Source: an uncultured Fibrobacteraceae bacterium
GTDB lineage: Bacteria > Krumholzibacteriota > Krumholzibacteriia > LZORAL124-64-63
Assembly (NCBI GenBank): GCA_964343835.1
Contig: CAYFKR010000008.1
Location: 64,318 to 128,317 of the forward strand
Reading direction: 5' to 3'
DNA: 64,000 nt
Shown: in pieces, positions 37,590 through 48,537 of the stretch
Numbering within the stretch: position 1 is the stretch's first letter
Layout of the letters: each line of letters opens with the position of its first letter
Notes under the pieces: model-generated
Told to the model about the DNA's origin: nothing
The model's input: the letters and a program-made list of their open reading frames with translations, nothing else
Database searches by the model: none
Program-made: the position numbers and the translations under genes

Positions 37590-38157
37590 GGTTCACGGTC
37601 CAGATGCGCTGGGCGGTCGTGGCCCAGGTGGCCACGGCCAGCACCGCGAGGATCAGCGACAGGATGTGCCGTCCCAGCAGCATGCCCGCGATGACCAGCA
37701 CCATGCGCTCGGGGCGCTGCAGCCAGCCGCCGTAGCAGGTGGTGCCCAGGCCCTCGGCCCGGGCCCGGGCGTAGCTCGTGGTGAGCGAGCCGGCCAGGGT
37801 CAGCAGGCAGAGCAGGGCCGAGCGGTCGTCGAAGTGCTGCATGTAGAACCAGGCCAGACCGGCGAAGAGGGCCGACTCGGCCAGGCGGTCGAAGTTGGAG
37901 TCCAGGAAGGCTCCCTGCTTCGACTCGCGGCCCTGGAGTCGGGCCAGGTCGCCGTCGAGCATGTCGAAGGCCGAGCCCACGAGCAACACGATCGCCCCCA
38001 GGAAGAGTCGCCCCTCCGCCGCGATCCACGCCGCGACGAAGGTGATCAGCAGGCCGATCACCGACACCGAGTTGGGGGTCAGGCCGAGGCGGTCCAGCCC
38101 CAGCACGATGGGGCGGACCCGCGCGCGGGCCTGTTGCTTGAGATCGTTACGGTCCAT
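37561..38157 (-). CDS. CDP-alcohol phosphatidyltransferase (PgsA-like)
   Basis: Signature D-G-x2-A-R...G...D (DMLDGDLARLQG...GAFLDSNFDRLAE). Multiple TM helices. Confidence 0.7.
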   Translation of the reverse strand: MDRNDLKQQARARVRPIVLGLDRLGLTPNSVSVIGLLITFVAAWIAAEGRLFLGAIVLLVGSAFDMLDGDLARLQGRESKQGAFLDSNFDRLAESALFAGLAWFYMQHFDDRSALLCLLTLAGSLTTSYARARAEGLGTTCYGGWLQRPERMVLVIAGMLLGRHILSLILAVLAVATWATTAQRIWTVNRDLGEGGGA

Positions 38158-38175
38158 CGTCGCTCCTTCCGGCGG

Positions 38176-38898
38176 TCAGGCCCCCTTGGCCCCCCGCAGC
38201 AGCAGGACCAGCTCGCCCTTCAGGCGGGGCCCCTCCATGACCTCGAGGAGTTCGGCGGCCGTGCCGCGCAGGACCTCCTCGTGCAGTTTCGTCAGTTCCC
38301 GGGCCACGGCCAGTTCGCGCTCGGGCGCGAGTTCGACCAGGGCGTCGAGGGTCTTGCGGATGCGGTGCACCGACTCCAGCAGCACCACCGTGCCGGGCTC
38401 CTCCAGCATCTCGCCCAGGAAGGTGCGGAGCCGGCCCGACTTCCGGGGCGTGTAGCCCCCGAAGAGGAAACGGTCGGTGGGCAGTCCCGACATCACCAGC
38501 GCCGCCAGCACGCTCGACGGCCCCGGCACCACGCTGTAGGGCAGGTCCGCTTCGCGCAGGGCCCGCACCAGCACGAACCCGGGGTCGGCCACCGCGGGCA
38601 TGCCCGCATCGCTGACCAGGGCCACCGTGCCGCCGGCCCGCAGCCGCTCGACCACCTTGGGCGTCTGGCGCTCCTTGTTGTGGTCGTGGAACGGCTCGAG
38701 GCGGCTCTTCAGGCCGTAGCGGGCGAAGAGCTGCCGCGTGCGGCGCGTGTCCTCGGCCAGCACCAGGTCCACGGCGCCCAGCACCGAGAGGGCGCGCAGG
38801 GACACGTCGTCCAGGTTGCCGATGGGCGTGGCCACCAGCCAGCAGGTGCCGGGTTCGAGCTTCGCCTCGGGCAGCGCGACGGTCCGTCCGTCCTCCAT
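38176..38898 (-). CDS. rsmI: 16S rRNA (cytidine1402-2'-O)-methyltransferase
   Basis: Tetrapyrrole-methylase-like fold, LVATPIGNLDD...LAEDTR. Confidence 0.8.
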   Translation of the reverse strand: MEDGRTVALPEAKLEPGTCWLVATPIGNLDDVSLRALSVLGAVDLVLAEDTRRTRQLFARYGLKSRLEPFHDHNKERQTPKVVERLRAGGTVALVSDAGMPAVADPGFVLVRALREADLPYSVVPGPSSVLAALVMSGLPTDRFLFGGYTPRKSGRLRTFLGEMLEEPGTVVLLESVHRIRKTLDALVELAPERELAVARELTKLHEEVLRGTAAELLEVMEGPRLKGELVLLLRGAKGA

Positions 38899-38899
38899 C

Positions 38900-39733
38900 T
38901 CAGCCCCGGCCCCTCAGCTCGGCCAGGTCGGGCATCGGGCGGTCGGCCACGCGGGCGTACGGCACCTCGAGCCACTTGAAGGCCTGGGCCAGCACGCGGC
39001 GCCGGACGTCGGCCACCAGCTCCGGGGCGAAACCCAGGGCCGCCAGCTGCCTGTCTTCCAGGCCCTCGTCGATCATGCGGTGGAGGATGTCGTCGGCCTC
39101 GGCGTAGGTGAAGCCCAGCTCGTCCTCGTCGGTCTGGTCGGCCCAGAGATCGGCGCTCGGGGCCTTGCTCAGCACGATCCCCGGCAACCCCAGATGACGG
39201 GCCAGAGCCCGGACCTCCGCCTTGTAGAGGTCGCCCAGGGGATTCAGGGCGAAGGCCGCGTCGCCATGGAGGGTGGCGTAGCCCAGCAGGGTCTCGGTGC
39301 GGTTGCCCGTGCCCAGCACCAGGGAGCCGTCCCGGGCGGACAGGTCGTAGAGCATGACCATGCGGCAACGGGCCATCACGTTCCCCCGTCGCAGCAGGGC
39401 GTCACCGGGGATGCCTTCGAGGAAGGCGTCGGCCATGGCGGAGATCTCGTGGTACTCGCTCTCGATGCCCAGGGTCTCGGCCACGTCCTTGGCGTCGGCC
39501 AGGGACGACGGGTGGCTCGTGCGGTAGGGCAGATACACGCCCAGCACGCGATCGCGGCCGAGGCCGCGGACGGCGAGGGCCGCCGCCACGGCGGAGTCGA
39601 TGCCGCCGCTCAGTCCGATGACCACGCCGGACGCGCCGGCGGCCTCCACCGTCTCGCGGATGAATTCGGCGCAGACGGGAGCCGCCTCGTCGGCGGGGAT
39701 GATCCAGTCGGGATCGGGGGTCGTCGCGTTCAT
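38900..39733 (-). CDS. nadE: NH3-dependent NAD+ synthetase
   Basis: PP-loop SGGIDSAV. Confidence 0.8.
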   Translation of the reverse strand: MNATTPDPDWIIPADEAAPVCAEFIRETVEAAGASGVVIGLSGGIDSAVAAALAVRGLGRDRVLGVYLPYRTSHPSSLADAKDVAETLGIESEYHEISAMADAFLEGIPGDALLRRGNVMARCRMVMLYDLSARDGSLVLGTGNRTETLLGYATLHGDAAFALNPLGDLYKAEVRALARHLGLPGIVLSKAPSADLWADQTDEDELGFTYAEADDILHRMIDEGLEDRQLAALGFAPELVADVRRRVLAQAFKWLEVPYARVADRPMPDLAELRGRG

Positions 39734-39759
39734 CTCGGTTCCTCCGGGCCCCGCGCCGC

Positions 39760-41226
39760 TCAGATGCGACGCCAGGTGGCGGGCATGAGCAGCACGAGCA
39801 CGGTGTACAGTTCCAGTCGCCCGATGAGCATCAGCAGCACGAGCAGCCACTTCTCGGCGCCGATCATGAAGGCGAAGTTGCAGGTCGGGCCCACGTCGCC
39901 GAGGCCGGGACCGATGTTGCCCAGGGTGGCGGCCACGGCCCCCACCGCCGTCACGATATCCCGACCCGAGAGCGTGAGCAAGACCGTCCCCGCGATGAAG
40001 ACCGTCATGAACAGCAGGAAAAAGCCCAGCACGTTGGTGGCCAGGGCCGGCGGCACGGCCCGTTCGTTGAACCAGATGGTCTGGATGGCCCGGGGGTGCA
40101 ACAGCTTCTTGAGCTCCACGTGGGCGTGCTTCATCAGGATCAGCACGCGCATCATCTTCACGCCGCCGCCGGTGGAACCGGCACAGCCGCCCATGGTCAT
40201 CAGCAGCAGCAGGATCGTATGGGCCAGGGGCGGCCACAGCACGTAGTCGGCGGATCCGTAGCCCGTGGTGGTGCAGATGGAGACCACCTGGAAGACCGCG
40301 GTTCGGATGTTCGCCTCGGCGCCGTCGATCAGCCCGGCCGGCACCAGCACCAGCAGGATCAGCAGCGTGGCGGCAGCCAGGACGGTGCCGTAGAACCGGA
40401 ATTCGTCGTCGCGCCAATACGCGCCGAGCCGGCCCCGCAGGGCCAGGTAGTGGAGGGAGAAGTTCACGCCCGCCAGGAACATGAAGACGATGATGATCCA
40501 CTCCACGGCCGCCGACCCGAAGCCGCCCACGCTGGAATCGAGGGTGGAGAAACCGCCGGTGGCCATGGTGGTCAGGGCGTGGTTCGCGGCGTCGAAGGGC
40601 GACATGCCCCCCACGCCCCACAGCAGCGCCGCCTCCACGCCGGTGATCAGCACGTACACGCCCCACAGCAGCCGCGCCGTCTCGCTGATGCGGCTGGTGA
40701 TGCGGTCCGGCGCCGGCCCGGGAGCTTCGGCGCGGAAGAGCTGCATGCCGCCCACGCCCAGCAGGGGCAGGATGGCCAGGGCCAGCACCACGATCCCCAT
40801 GCCGCCCAGCCACTGGATCATCGACCGCCAGAAGATCACGGCGTGGTGGTCGGCGCACACGCCCTCGATGTCGGTCATGATGGTCGAACCGGTGGTCGTG
40901 AACCCGGACACCGATTCGAAGACGGCGTCGGTGAACGACGGGATGGCGCCCGTCCCCATGAACGGGACCGCGCCCAGGAGTCCGACCGCGATCCAGCCCA
41001 GGGTCACGATGGCGAAGCCCTCGCGGTGCCGCAGTTCCGGCTTCGAGCGCCCCAGCCACATGAGGCCGGCGCCGGCGGCGGCTCCGCCCAGGGCCGTGAG
41101 CACGAACACGTCCCAGTCGCCCTCGCCGTAGGCCAGGTCCAGGGCGGCGGGCACGAGCAGGGCCCCCGCCGTGACCAGCAGGAGGAAACCCAGGACTCGT
41201 CCGACGCCGCGCAGGTTCATGGTCAC
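39760..41226 (-). CDS. trkH: Trk-type K+ uptake membrane subunit
   Basis: Polytopic TrkH/KtrB family protein with repeated selectivity-filter-like glycine motifs (SGFTTTG, TTTGYGS). Confidence 0.8.
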   Translation of the reverse strand: MTMNLRGVGRVLGFLLLVTAGALLVPAALDLAYGEGDWDVFVLTALGGAAAGAGLMWLGRSKPELRHREGFAIVTLGWIAVGLLGAVPFMGTGAIPSFTDAVFESVSGFTTTGSTIMTDIEGVCADHHAVIFWRSMIQWLGGMGIVVLALAILPLLGVGGMQLFRAEAPGPAPDRITSRISETARLLWGVYVLITGVEAALLWGVGGMSPFDAANHALTTMATGGFSTLDSSVGGFGSAAVEWIIIVFMFLAGVNFSLHYLALRGRLGAYWRDDEFRFYGTVLAAATLLILLVLVPAGLIDGAEANIRTAVFQVVSICTTTGYGSADYVLWPPLAHTILLLLMTMGGCAGSTGGGVKMMRVLILMKHAHVELKKLLHPRAIQTIWFNERAVPPALATNVLGFFLLFMTVFIAGTVLLTLSGRDIVTAVGAVAATLGNIGPGLGDVGPTCNFAFMIGAEKWLLVLLMLIGRLELYTVLVLLMPATWRRI

Positions 41227-42566
41227 CTACCGGAAGAGAAGAACGATTCGACCGCCGCCACTCCTGACGGCAGGGCGAAGACCACGACCTCGTCGCCGGC
41301 CTGCAGCACCGTGTCGCCCCGGGGGGTGACCACGTGGCCGCGCTTGAGCACGGCGCCGATGACGGCGTCGCGGGGGAAGTCGAGCTTGGCCAGGGGCTTG
41401 TCGAGGGCCCTGCAGCCGGCCTCCAGGTGGAACTGGAGGATCTCGGAGCCGCTGAAGCCCAGGCTGTGGGTGCTGACCACGCCGCCGCGCTTCACGAAGC
41501 GGGCGATGGCGTCGGCCGTGGACAGACGGGGCGAGACGGCGGCGTCCACCCCGAGCTGAGGCAGCAGCGGCACGTAGTCGGGCCGGTCCACCTGGCAGAC
41601 CGTCTTGCGGACGCCCTGGTTGTGGGCCATGAGGCACGACATGACGTTGGTCTCCTCGTCGCCGGCCACGGCCACGAACCCGTCCATGGACTCGATGCCC
41701 TCGCTGCGCAGCAGCTCCACGTCGGTGCCGTCGCCGTGGAGCACCAGCACGTGGTGCAGCTTCTCGGCGGCCTTGCGGCACTGCTCCTCGTTGCTGTCGA
41801 TGAGCTTCACATGGACGCCCAGGGACGTGAGGTCCCGGGCCAGCTCGAGGCCGGTGGTGCCCGCCCCCACGATCATCACGTTCTGCAGGCGGTCCGCCGG
41901 GGCGTGGACGTAGGCCAGGGCCCGGTCCACGGCGCCGCGGGCGCCGGCCACGTAGACCTGGTCGCCGGGGCGGATCACGGTGTCGCCGCGGGGGATCACG
42001 GTCTCGCCGTCGCGGACCACGGAGATCACCAGGGCCCATCGGGAGCCCAGGGCCTTCTCGGTCTGCTGGAGGGACTTGCCCGCCACGAACGCCGACTCCT
42101 CCACCCTGGCCCCCACCACGCGCACGCGGCCGCCGGCGAACTCGTGGACGTCGGTGGCGCCGCTCTCCCAGAGGATCTGGCGCATGGCGCGGACGGCCTC
42201 GAGGTCGGGGTTGATGGCCAGGTCGATGCCGTCGAGCACGAGCTGGTCGCCCCGGTAGTACTCGGGCGAACGCACGCGGGCCGCCTTGACCCGCGCCCCC
42301 ATGCGGTGGGCGGTGAGGCAGGAGATGATGTTGGTCTCGTCGGAATCGGTGACGGCGGCGAAGAGGTCCGTGTCGTCCATGCCGACCTGCTCGAGGAAGG
42401 CTGGGTTGACCCCGTTGCCCTGCAGCACGCGGCAGTCCAGGTGCTCCTGGGCCTGGACCACCCGGGCCGGGTCCAGCTCCACGACCACGACGTCGCGCTC
42501 ACGGCGGCTCACGTGGCGGGCGAGGTCGTCGCCCACCGCGCCGGCGCCGACGATCACGATCTTCAT
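41223..42566 (-). CDS. trkA: Trk system NAD-binding subunit (two RCK/TrkA-N + TrkA-C repeats)
   Basis: Two Rossmann motifs: [12 protein letters not shown] and [11 protein letters not shown]. Confidence 0.8.
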   Translation of the reverse strand: MKIVIVGAGAVGDDLARHVSRRERDVVVVELDPARVVQAQEHLDCRVLQGNGVNPAFLEQVGMDDTDLFAAVTDSDETNIISCLTAHRMGARVKAARVRSPEYYRGDQLVLDGIDLAINPDLEAVRAMRQILWESGATDVHEFAGGRVRVVGARVEESAFVAGKSLQQTEKALGSRWALVISVVRDGETVIPRGDTVIRPGDQVYVAGARGAVDRALAYVHAPADRLQNVMIVGAGTTGLELARDLTSLGVHVKLIDSNEEQCRKAAEKLHHVLVLHGDGTDVELLRSEGIESMDGFVAVAGDEETNVMSCLMAHNQGVRKTVCQVDRPDYVPLLPQLGVDAAVSPRLSTADAIARFVKRGGVVSTHSLGFSGSEILQFHLEAGCRALDKPLAKLDFPRDAVIGAVLKRGHVVTPRGDTVLQAGDEVVVFALPSGVAAVESFFSSGR

Positions 42567-43585
42567 GCGGGCTCCTCCACGTAGTCGTTCAGGGCGGCCA
42601 GGGCCGTCTCGACCTGGGCGTCGTCCACCATCAGGTGGGTCACCAGGCGGACCCTGCCGCGGCCGAACGCCACGCCCAGCACACCGCGCTCCTGCAGGTG
42701 GGCGAGGAGCCGGTCCTCCCGGGCGGTGCGGTAGATGACGATGTTGGTCTCGACCGCATGATCCAGGGTGACGTGCGGGTTGTCCAGACCTTCCGCCAGG
42801 CGCCGGGCTCGGCGGTGGTCGTCGGCCAGGCGCGGGAGGTGGTGATCGAGGGCATGGAGGCAGGCGGCTGCCAGCACGCCGGCCTGGCGCATGCCGCCGC
42901 CGAAGAGCTTGCGGGCGCGCTTCGCCTCGGCGACGGCGTCGACGTCGCCGGCCACGCACGACCCGACCGGAGCGCCCATCCCCTTGGAGAAGCAGACGCT
43001 GACGGTGTGGAACGGCGCCGCCAGGTCGGAAAGGGACGTGCCCGTGGCCACGTGGGCGTTCCAGAGCCGCGCCCCGTCCAGGTGCATGCGCAGGCCCCGG
43101 GCGCGGGCCTCGCGGCCGATGCGTTCCACCTCGTCCTGGGGCAGGACGGCACCGCCGGCCCGGTTGTGGGTGTTCTCCAGGCAGATCAGGGACGGGCGGG
43201 CGGCGTGGAGGTCGTCGGGATTCAGGGCGGCGTCGATGTCCTCCCACGCCAGGGCGCCCCGCTCCCCCTCCAGGCACGAGAGGCTCAGGCCCGAGAGGGC
43301 GGCAGGTCCACCCTGCTCGTAGCGGTAGATGTGGCATCCCGCCTCACAGACCACCTGGTCGCCGGGGCGGGTCTGGGCCCGCAGGGCCACCTGGTTGGCC
43401 ATGGTGCCGCTGGGGACGTAGAGGGCGGCCTCCTTGCCCAGCAGGTCGGCCACACGTTCCTGGAGGCGCAGGACGGTGGGGTCGTCGCCGAAGACGTCGT
43501 CGCCCACCTCGGCGGCGGCGATGGCGCGGCGCATGGCCTCGTCGGGACGGGTGACGGTGTCGCTGCGCAGATCGATGGGATTCAC
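42563..43585 (-). CDS. ltaE: low-specificity L-threonine aldolase
   Basis: [11 protein letters not shown]-terminus, GTMANQ motif, PLP-lysine region [12 protein letters not shown]. Confidence 0.75.
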   Translation of the reverse strand: MNPIDLRSDTVTRPDEAMRRAIAAAEVGDDVFGDDPTVLRLQERVADLLGKEAALYVPSGTMANQVALRAQTRPGDQVVCEAGCHIYRYEQGGPAALSGLSLSCLEGERGALAWEDIDAALNPDDLHAARPSLICLENTHNRAGGAVLPQDEVERIGREARARGLRMHLDGARLWNAHVATGTSLSDLAAPFHTVSVCFSKGMGAPVGSCVAGDVDAVAEAKRARKLFGGGMRQAGVLAAACLHALDHHLPRLADDHRRARRLAEGLDNPHVTLDHAVETNIVIYRTAREDRLLAHLQERGVLGVAFGRGRVRLVTHLMVDDAQVETALAALNDYVEEPA

Positions 43586-43693
43586 GGTCGGATCCTCCGG
43601 AGCGGGCGGGAAGGGTCTGACGGACGCACGGCCCCTCCGGCGTTCACCGCCGGAGAGGCCGTTGTGGTGGGGTCGGGTCCTCGGACGCGGGCG

Positions 43694-43981
43694 TCACGGA
43701 GTGTTCGACGTCGCCACGCGGTCCTTCAGCATCTTGGAGACCTTGAAGATGGGGACCTTGCGGGCCGGAACGGGCACGGCCTCCCCGGTGCGGGGATTGC
43801 GCGCCATCCGTTCCTTGCGCTCCTTCACCTTGAAGGTGCCGAAACCGCGGATCTCCAGATGATGACCGTCTTCGAGGAGCTTGCTGATCTCCTCCAGGAA
43901 GAGGTCGACGGTCTCGCCCACTTCCTTCTTCGTCAGCCCGGTCTTCTGGGCGATATCCTCTACGATATCAGCCTTGGTCAT
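43694..43981 (-). CDS. HU/IHF-family DNA-binding protein (second copy)
   Basis: MTKADIVEDIAQKTGLTKKEVGETVDLF...GFGTFKVKERKERMARNPRTGE. Confidence 0.7.
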   Translation of the reverse strand: MTKADIVEDIAQKTGLTKKEVGETVDLFLEEISKLLEDGHHLEIRGFGTFKVKERKERMARNPRTGEAVPVPARKVPIFKVSKMLKDRVATSNTP

Positions 43982-44396
43982 GACACACCCCTTTCTTGGA
44001 CCGGCCGTCCAATTTGTCACGATCCCTAGGGCTTCCAATCCCGATCGTCCCGTATAACTCCTGCTCTGTCAAGGACATTCTCGCCCGGCGGCCGTTCAGA
44101 GGCAGAATGCACGGCCGGACTGCCGGCATTTCGCAAGATCGGGGCAGCGCGAGGCCCCACGAGGCATCACCGGGAACGGCGGGGCATCACCCGGCCGATG
44201 GCGTTGCGCCCTAACCCCATGATCATGAACACCTTGCAGTACCGGCCCCTATCCACAGCACACCGTGGCACCCCCCTTGCAGTCCCCCGGTCGTACGAGC
44301 CGCTGACCATGCACAGTTCGACGTGCGACAACCCTTGGCATGGCTTTCGACTTCGGCTCCGACATCTTCGTCAAGGAGGAAGACTGGTGACTGGCA

Positions 44397-44803
44397 AGAC
44401 TTTCAAGACCCTGGGCGCCCTCGCCCTGATCGTCCTGGCCCTGACGGGCTGCAGCTCCGACAGCAACAACCCGTCCCCCACGGCCGTGGACACCGCTCCC
44501 CCCGCCGTGCCCGCCGACGTGAACGGCCAGCCGTATGACGGCGCCGTCGCGCTGAGCTGGGCCGCCAACACGGTCGACGCCGACCTGGCCGGCTACAACG
44601 TCTACCGCGTGAACGGTGATCGGGTCGCCGCCCTGACCGCCGCTCCCCAGGTGCAGACCAGCTACACGGACGTCAACCCCGTGCCCGGCACGAACACCTA
44701 CCGCGTGACGTCGGTCGACATGACCGGCAACGAGAGCGCCTACCAGACGGTCGAGGTCGAGGTGGAGGCCAGCTACGGTCCCTACCACCCGGACCAGCCG
44801 TAG
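44397..44803 (+). CDS. lipoprotein with fibronectin-type-III-like domain
   Basis: GTG start 8 nt after AGGAGG. Lipobox LALTGC. FN3-like segment ...GAVALSWAANTVDADLAGYNVYRVNG...YRVTSVDMTGNES. Confidence 0.45.
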
Positions 44804-44854
44804 GCGTACGGTTCCCTACCCGGAACCTGCCGCACGGACCTCCGTCGGCGAAGA

Positions 44855-44885
44855 CGAGGCCGGCCCCACCCGGGGCCGGCCTTCG
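44855..44885. terminator. bidirectional GC-rich hairpin between convergent genes (GGCCGGCCCC-accc-GGGGCCGGCC)
   Basis: Perfect 10-bp stem, followed by TTCGCTCGTT. Confidence 0.4.
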
Positions 44886-44903
44886 CTCGTTCATGGGCCG
44901 GGA

Positions 44904-45584
44904 TCAGGCGAAGAGGCTGCCGATCTCGTGGACGATGCGGAAGTAGACGAGGCTGACGTCGTAGCGCACCGCGTTGAGCACCTTCCAGAGCCCCAGATTC
45001 AGCAGCACGATGATCAGGATGAACCCAAAGGGTCGGATGCGCAGGTAGAGCTCGGCGGCTTCGCCCCGCAGGAAGGTCAGCAGGATCCAGCTGCCGTCCA
45101 GGGGCGGGATGGGGATCAGGTTGAAGATCGCCAGCAGCACGTTGAGGATGATGCCCATCTCCAGCAGCCTGGACAGGAACACGAGGCTGCCGCCCGGTCC
45201 GGTCTGCCCCGGGTTGAGGTGGGCCACTCCCATCACGATCCCCAGCAGGATCGCCGACACCAGGGCCAGGGCCAGGTTGCTCAGGGGGCCGGCCGCGGCC
45301 ACCAGGGCGTGGTCGCGCAGGGGGTTGCCGAGCCGCAGGGGGTTGACCGGCACGGGCTTGGCCCAGCCGAAGAGGTATCCGCCCAGCATGAGGCCCAGCA
45401 CCGGGAAGACGAGGGACCCGATGGGGTCGAGGTGGGCCACGGGATTGAGGGTCAGGCGCCCCATGCGCAGGGCCGTGTCGTCGCCGAGGCGCAGGGCGGC
45501 CCAGGCGTGGGCGCATTCGTGCACCACCAGCGACAGCAGCAGCACGAAGACGGCGATGATCATCTGTTGGACGTCCATGGTCAT
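44904..45584 (-). CDS. site-2 protease family (M50) membrane zinc metalloprotease
   Basis: HExxH within TM helix (VVHECAHAWAA). Second zinc-ligand region NLIPIPPLDGS. Confidence 0.7.
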   Translation of the reverse strand: MTMDVQQMIIAVFVLLLSLVVHECAHAWAALRLGDDTALRMGRLTLNPVAHLDPIGSLVFPVLGLMLGGYLFGWAKPVPVNPLRLGNPLRDHALVAAAGPLSNLALALVSAILLGIVMGVAHLNPGQTGPGGSLVFLSRLLEMGIILNVLLAIFNLIPIPPLDGSWILLTFLRGEAAELYLRIRPFGFILIIVLLNLGLWKVLNAVRYDVSLVYFRIVHEIGSLFA

Positions 45585-46711
45585 CCTTGTCCGGGGTCTC
45601 GTCCGGGGTGCTCCCGGAAGGCGGCCTCGACGTGTTCCGTCGACAGGGCCATCAGGTCGCCGCTCCCGTCGCGGAGCGGTCGGAGCGCCGGATGGCGCGG
45701 GGCCCAGACGCCGGGGTCGGTGGGACCGAAGAGGGCCACCGTCGGCGCCCCCACGGCCCCGGCCACGTGCATCAGGCCGGTGTCGTTACAAAGAAAGCGA
45801 TCCGCGCGTTCCAGCAAGGCCGCACAGACGCCGACGGTGACCGGAGGCAACTCCAGCCAGCCGTCGTGGCACTCGGGGGACAGCAGGCCGGCCATCTCGC
45901 GACGGAAGGCCTCGAGCACGGCGCCATCAGCCGGGCCCTGGAGCACGAGCATGCGACGCCCTTCCCTCACAGCCGAGGCGGCCACCGCGGCGAATCGTTC
46001 CACGGGCCACAGGTTCTGGGTCTTTCCCGCCCCGGGGTGCATGACCCACAGGGGCCCCTCCCCCGGCACGTCCGCCTCGATCTCCTCCGCCCGCCTGCGT
46101 TCCTCGTCCGCCGGCACGACCACCGTGGCCCGGTCCGACGGTGCGATGCCCACGGCCTCCAGGGGCGCCAGGTTGTGGTCCACGGCGTGGCCGTCGAACT
46201 CGGGGAACGAGGGCATGACCAGGCTGTAGGCGTGGCGGCTGACGTCGTAGCCGTAAGGGGTGCTGTCGCTGCCTACCAGGATGCGGGCGCCGGAGGCGGC
46301 GGCCAGGGCGGCGCTGGTCACCGACCACGATACGGAGTTGAGGACCAGGGCAAGGTCGGGCCGGAATCGGCGCAGGCCGCCCACGAAATCCAGGAGCGGG
46401 CCGGGGCGGGTGCAGGCCCGCTTGTCGAAGAGAAAGACCCGGTCCAGGTGGGGACTGTGGAGCACGACGTCGCGGTTGACCGGGGCGCAGACCAGGGCGA
46501 TCTCCGCGTCGGGCCAGGTCTCGCGCACGGCCCGGAAGCAGGGGGTGGCGCAGACCATGTCCCCCATCTGGTTGTGCTGCCGCACGATGAGGATGCGCTC
46601 CGGGGCGGCGGCGCACACCTGCTCCGGCGTCAGTCGGGGACGGCCCCACAGCCGGGCGACGGCCCCCGAGAGGGTCCGTTTGATCTGCCTGCGGAACGAC
46701 GTGTCGGCCAT
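45581..46711 (-). CDS. glycosyltransferase family 9 (LPS heptosyltransferase-like)
   Basis: ILIVRQHNQMGDMVCATP N-terminal pattern and C-terminal GNDTGLMHVAGAVGAPTVALFGPTDP motif of GT9. Confidence 0.7.
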   Translation of the reverse strand: MADTSFRRQIKRTLSGAVARLWGRPRLTPEQVCAAAPERILIVRQHNQMGDMVCATPCFRAVRETWPDAEIALVCAPVNRDVVLHSPHLDRVFLFDKRACTRPGPLLDFVGGLRRFRPDLALVLNSVSWSVTSAALAAASGARILVGSDSTPYGYDVSRHAYSLVMPSFPEFDGHAVDHNLAPLEAVGIAPSDRATVVVPADEERRRAEEIEADVPGEGPLWVMHPGAGKTQNLWPVERFAAVAASAVREGRRMLVLQGPADGAVLEAFRREMAGLLSPECHDGWLELPPVTVGVCAALLERADRFLCNDTGLMHVAGAVGAPTVALFGPTDPGVWAPRHPALRPLRDGSGDLMALSTEHVEAAFREHPGRDPGQG

Positions 46712-46761
46712 GGGTCGAGTGGCACTCCCGTTGCATGGAGGCTCCCCCAGGGGAGGAACCG

Positions 46762-47005
46762 TCCGATGGATGTCATCCGGAAAACCGTCCGAATCGTACT
46801 CTGGAGCCTGTTCGTGGCCATCGCGCACTACGAGCTGGTGGCCAAGTCGAACCTGCTGCTGGACCAGCCCCTGCCGGGCTGGCTGGAAGCCGACCGGGCC
46901 GAGCGGAGCGTCGCCTACCGTCCGGTGACGGGGATCGTCCCCATGGACCGATTGCTCCACGAGGGCCGCGAGGCCCGCGTCTTCTACGAACGCCTCCTGC
47001 GCTGA
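46762..47005 (+). CDS. small hypothetical protein (81 aa, one TM helix)
   Basis: Open frame with protein-like composition (MDVIRKTVRIVLWSLFVAIAHYELVAK...). Weak support only. Confidence 0.25.
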
Positions 47006-47949
47006 GGCCCCCTCTGCGCGATCCTCTCCTCCAGATCCTTCAGCATGCCCAGGTAGGCCTCGAAGCGCCAGGCGGGTAACCGTCCGTCGTCCACGGCCGC
47101 CTTCACGCCGCAGTCGGGCTCGTCGCGGTGGACGCAGGTGGTGAAGCGGCACTCGGCCCCCGGGTCGGCCATCTCGGGAAAATAGTCGCGCAGGTCCTGG
47201 GGCTCCAGGTCCCAGGCGTCGAAGCCGCGGATGCCCGGGGAGTCGGCGATGAACCCGCCGTCGTCCAGGGGGAAGAGCTCGGTGAGGGTGGTCGTGTGGC
47301 GGCCGAGGCCCGTCTTGTCGGTGACGTCGCCCACGCGCAGGTCCATGCCGGTGGCCCGGGCCAGCAGGGAACTCTTGCCGGTGCCCGAGGCGCCCAGCAG
47401 CAGGGACGTGCGGTCGTGGAGGAGGTCGTGGAAAGCGTCGACGCCCTCTCCCGTTTCCGCCGACGTGCGCAGCACGCGGCAGCCGATGGACGCGTACCAG
47501 TCCCAGCGGGGGTCGGCGGCCTCGTCGAGATCCAGGTCGACCTTGTTGAGGCAGAGCACACCGTCCACGTCGTAGCGCTCGGCCGAGACGAGCAGGCGGT
47601 CCACGAACCCCGCCACGGGGTCGGGACGGCTCACCGACTGCACGACGATGACCTGGTCGAGGTTGGCCATGAGCACCTGCTCGACCCGTCCCTTGTCGCG
47701 GCGCGAGGACATGCGGGAGATCTTGTTGCGCCGGGGCAGGACCTCGTCGATGACGCCGGCGACGCCGTCGTCCTGCATCTCCAGGCGCACGCGATCGCCG
47801 GCCACGGCCACGGTGCGGGCCTCGCGACGGCCCTGCTTGAGCCGGCCGCGGAGACGGCAGTCCACCTCGCCGTCGTCGCAGAGCACGCGACAGTGGCCGC
47901 TGTGGGAGCGGAGCACCACGCCTTCGATTCGGGGGGTCGGGTCGGTCAA
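46984..47949 (-). CDS. rsgA: ribosome small-subunit-dependent GTPase A
   Basis: Circularly permuted GTPase: LNKVDL before GASGTGKSSL. C-terminal zinc knuckle CRFTTCVHRDEPDC. Confidence 0.8.
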   Translation of the reverse strand: MTDPTPRIEGVVLRSHSGHCRVLCDDGEVDCRLRGRLKQGRREARTVAVAGDRVRLEMQDDGVAGVIDEVLPRRNKISRMSSRRDKGRVEQVLMANLDQVIVVQSVSRPDPVAGFVDRLLVSAERYDVDGVLCLNKVDLDLDEAADPRWDWYASIGCRVLRTSAETGEGVDAFHDLLHDRTSLLLGASGTGKSSLLARATGMDLRVGDVTDKTGLGRHTTTLTELFPLDDGGFIADSPGIRGFDAWDLEPQDLRDYFPEMADPGAECRFTTCVHRDEPDCGVKAAVDDGRLPAWRFEAYLGMLKDLEERIAQRGPQRRRRS

Positions 47950-48075
47950 CGTATTCCCATCCGTGGCTCCTGCGAATCAGGAGTCAAATGCGCCTTGAGT
48001 CGGGGTGATCGATTGCTTAGTTTAGGCCGAACCAGGAATGTCGTAAAACAAAACCGGTTGCTCAAGGTGGTCCCG

Positions 48076-48537
48076 ATGGACATCCAGGACGTCCTGAAGC
48101 TCACGTCGCCCGACCTCTTCATCCCCGCCCTGTCCGCCAAGGACAAGAACGGCGTGCTGGAGGAGATGGTCGAGACCCTGCTCGCCGACCGCAGGCTCAC
48201 CAAGAAGGAGACCGTGCTGACCATGCTCGCGCACCGCGAGGAGATGGGCAGCACCGCCGTGGGTCCGGGCGTGGCCTTCCCCCACGGCCGCACGCTGGCG
48301 ACGGACGACCTGATCATCGTGGTCGCCCGCTCCGCCGACGGGGTCGACTTCGACTCCGTGGACGGCAATCCCACCCACCTGTTCTTCATGCTGATCGCGC
48401 CGCCCCAGGACTCCGGGAACCAGTACATCCGGTCCCTGGCCGTGCTGACCGAGAAGCTGGGCGACGAGGCCGTGCGCTCGGCCCTTCTCGAGGCCGCCGA
48501 CTACGACGCCTTCTGCGCCGCCCTGACGGAGGAGTGA
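48076..48537 (+). CDS. PTS EIIA (fructose/nitrogen family, PtsN-like) protein
   Basis: EIIA-Ntr fold with phospho-histidine region TAVGPGVAFPHGRT. Confidence 0.7.
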   Translation: MDIQDVLKLTSPDLFIPALSAKDKNGVLEEMVETLLADRRLTKKETVLTMLAHREEMGSTAVGPGVAFPHGRTLATDDLIIVVARSADGVDFDSVDGNPTHLFFMLIAPPQDSGNQYIRSLAVLTEKLGDEAVRSALLEAADYDAFCAALTEE

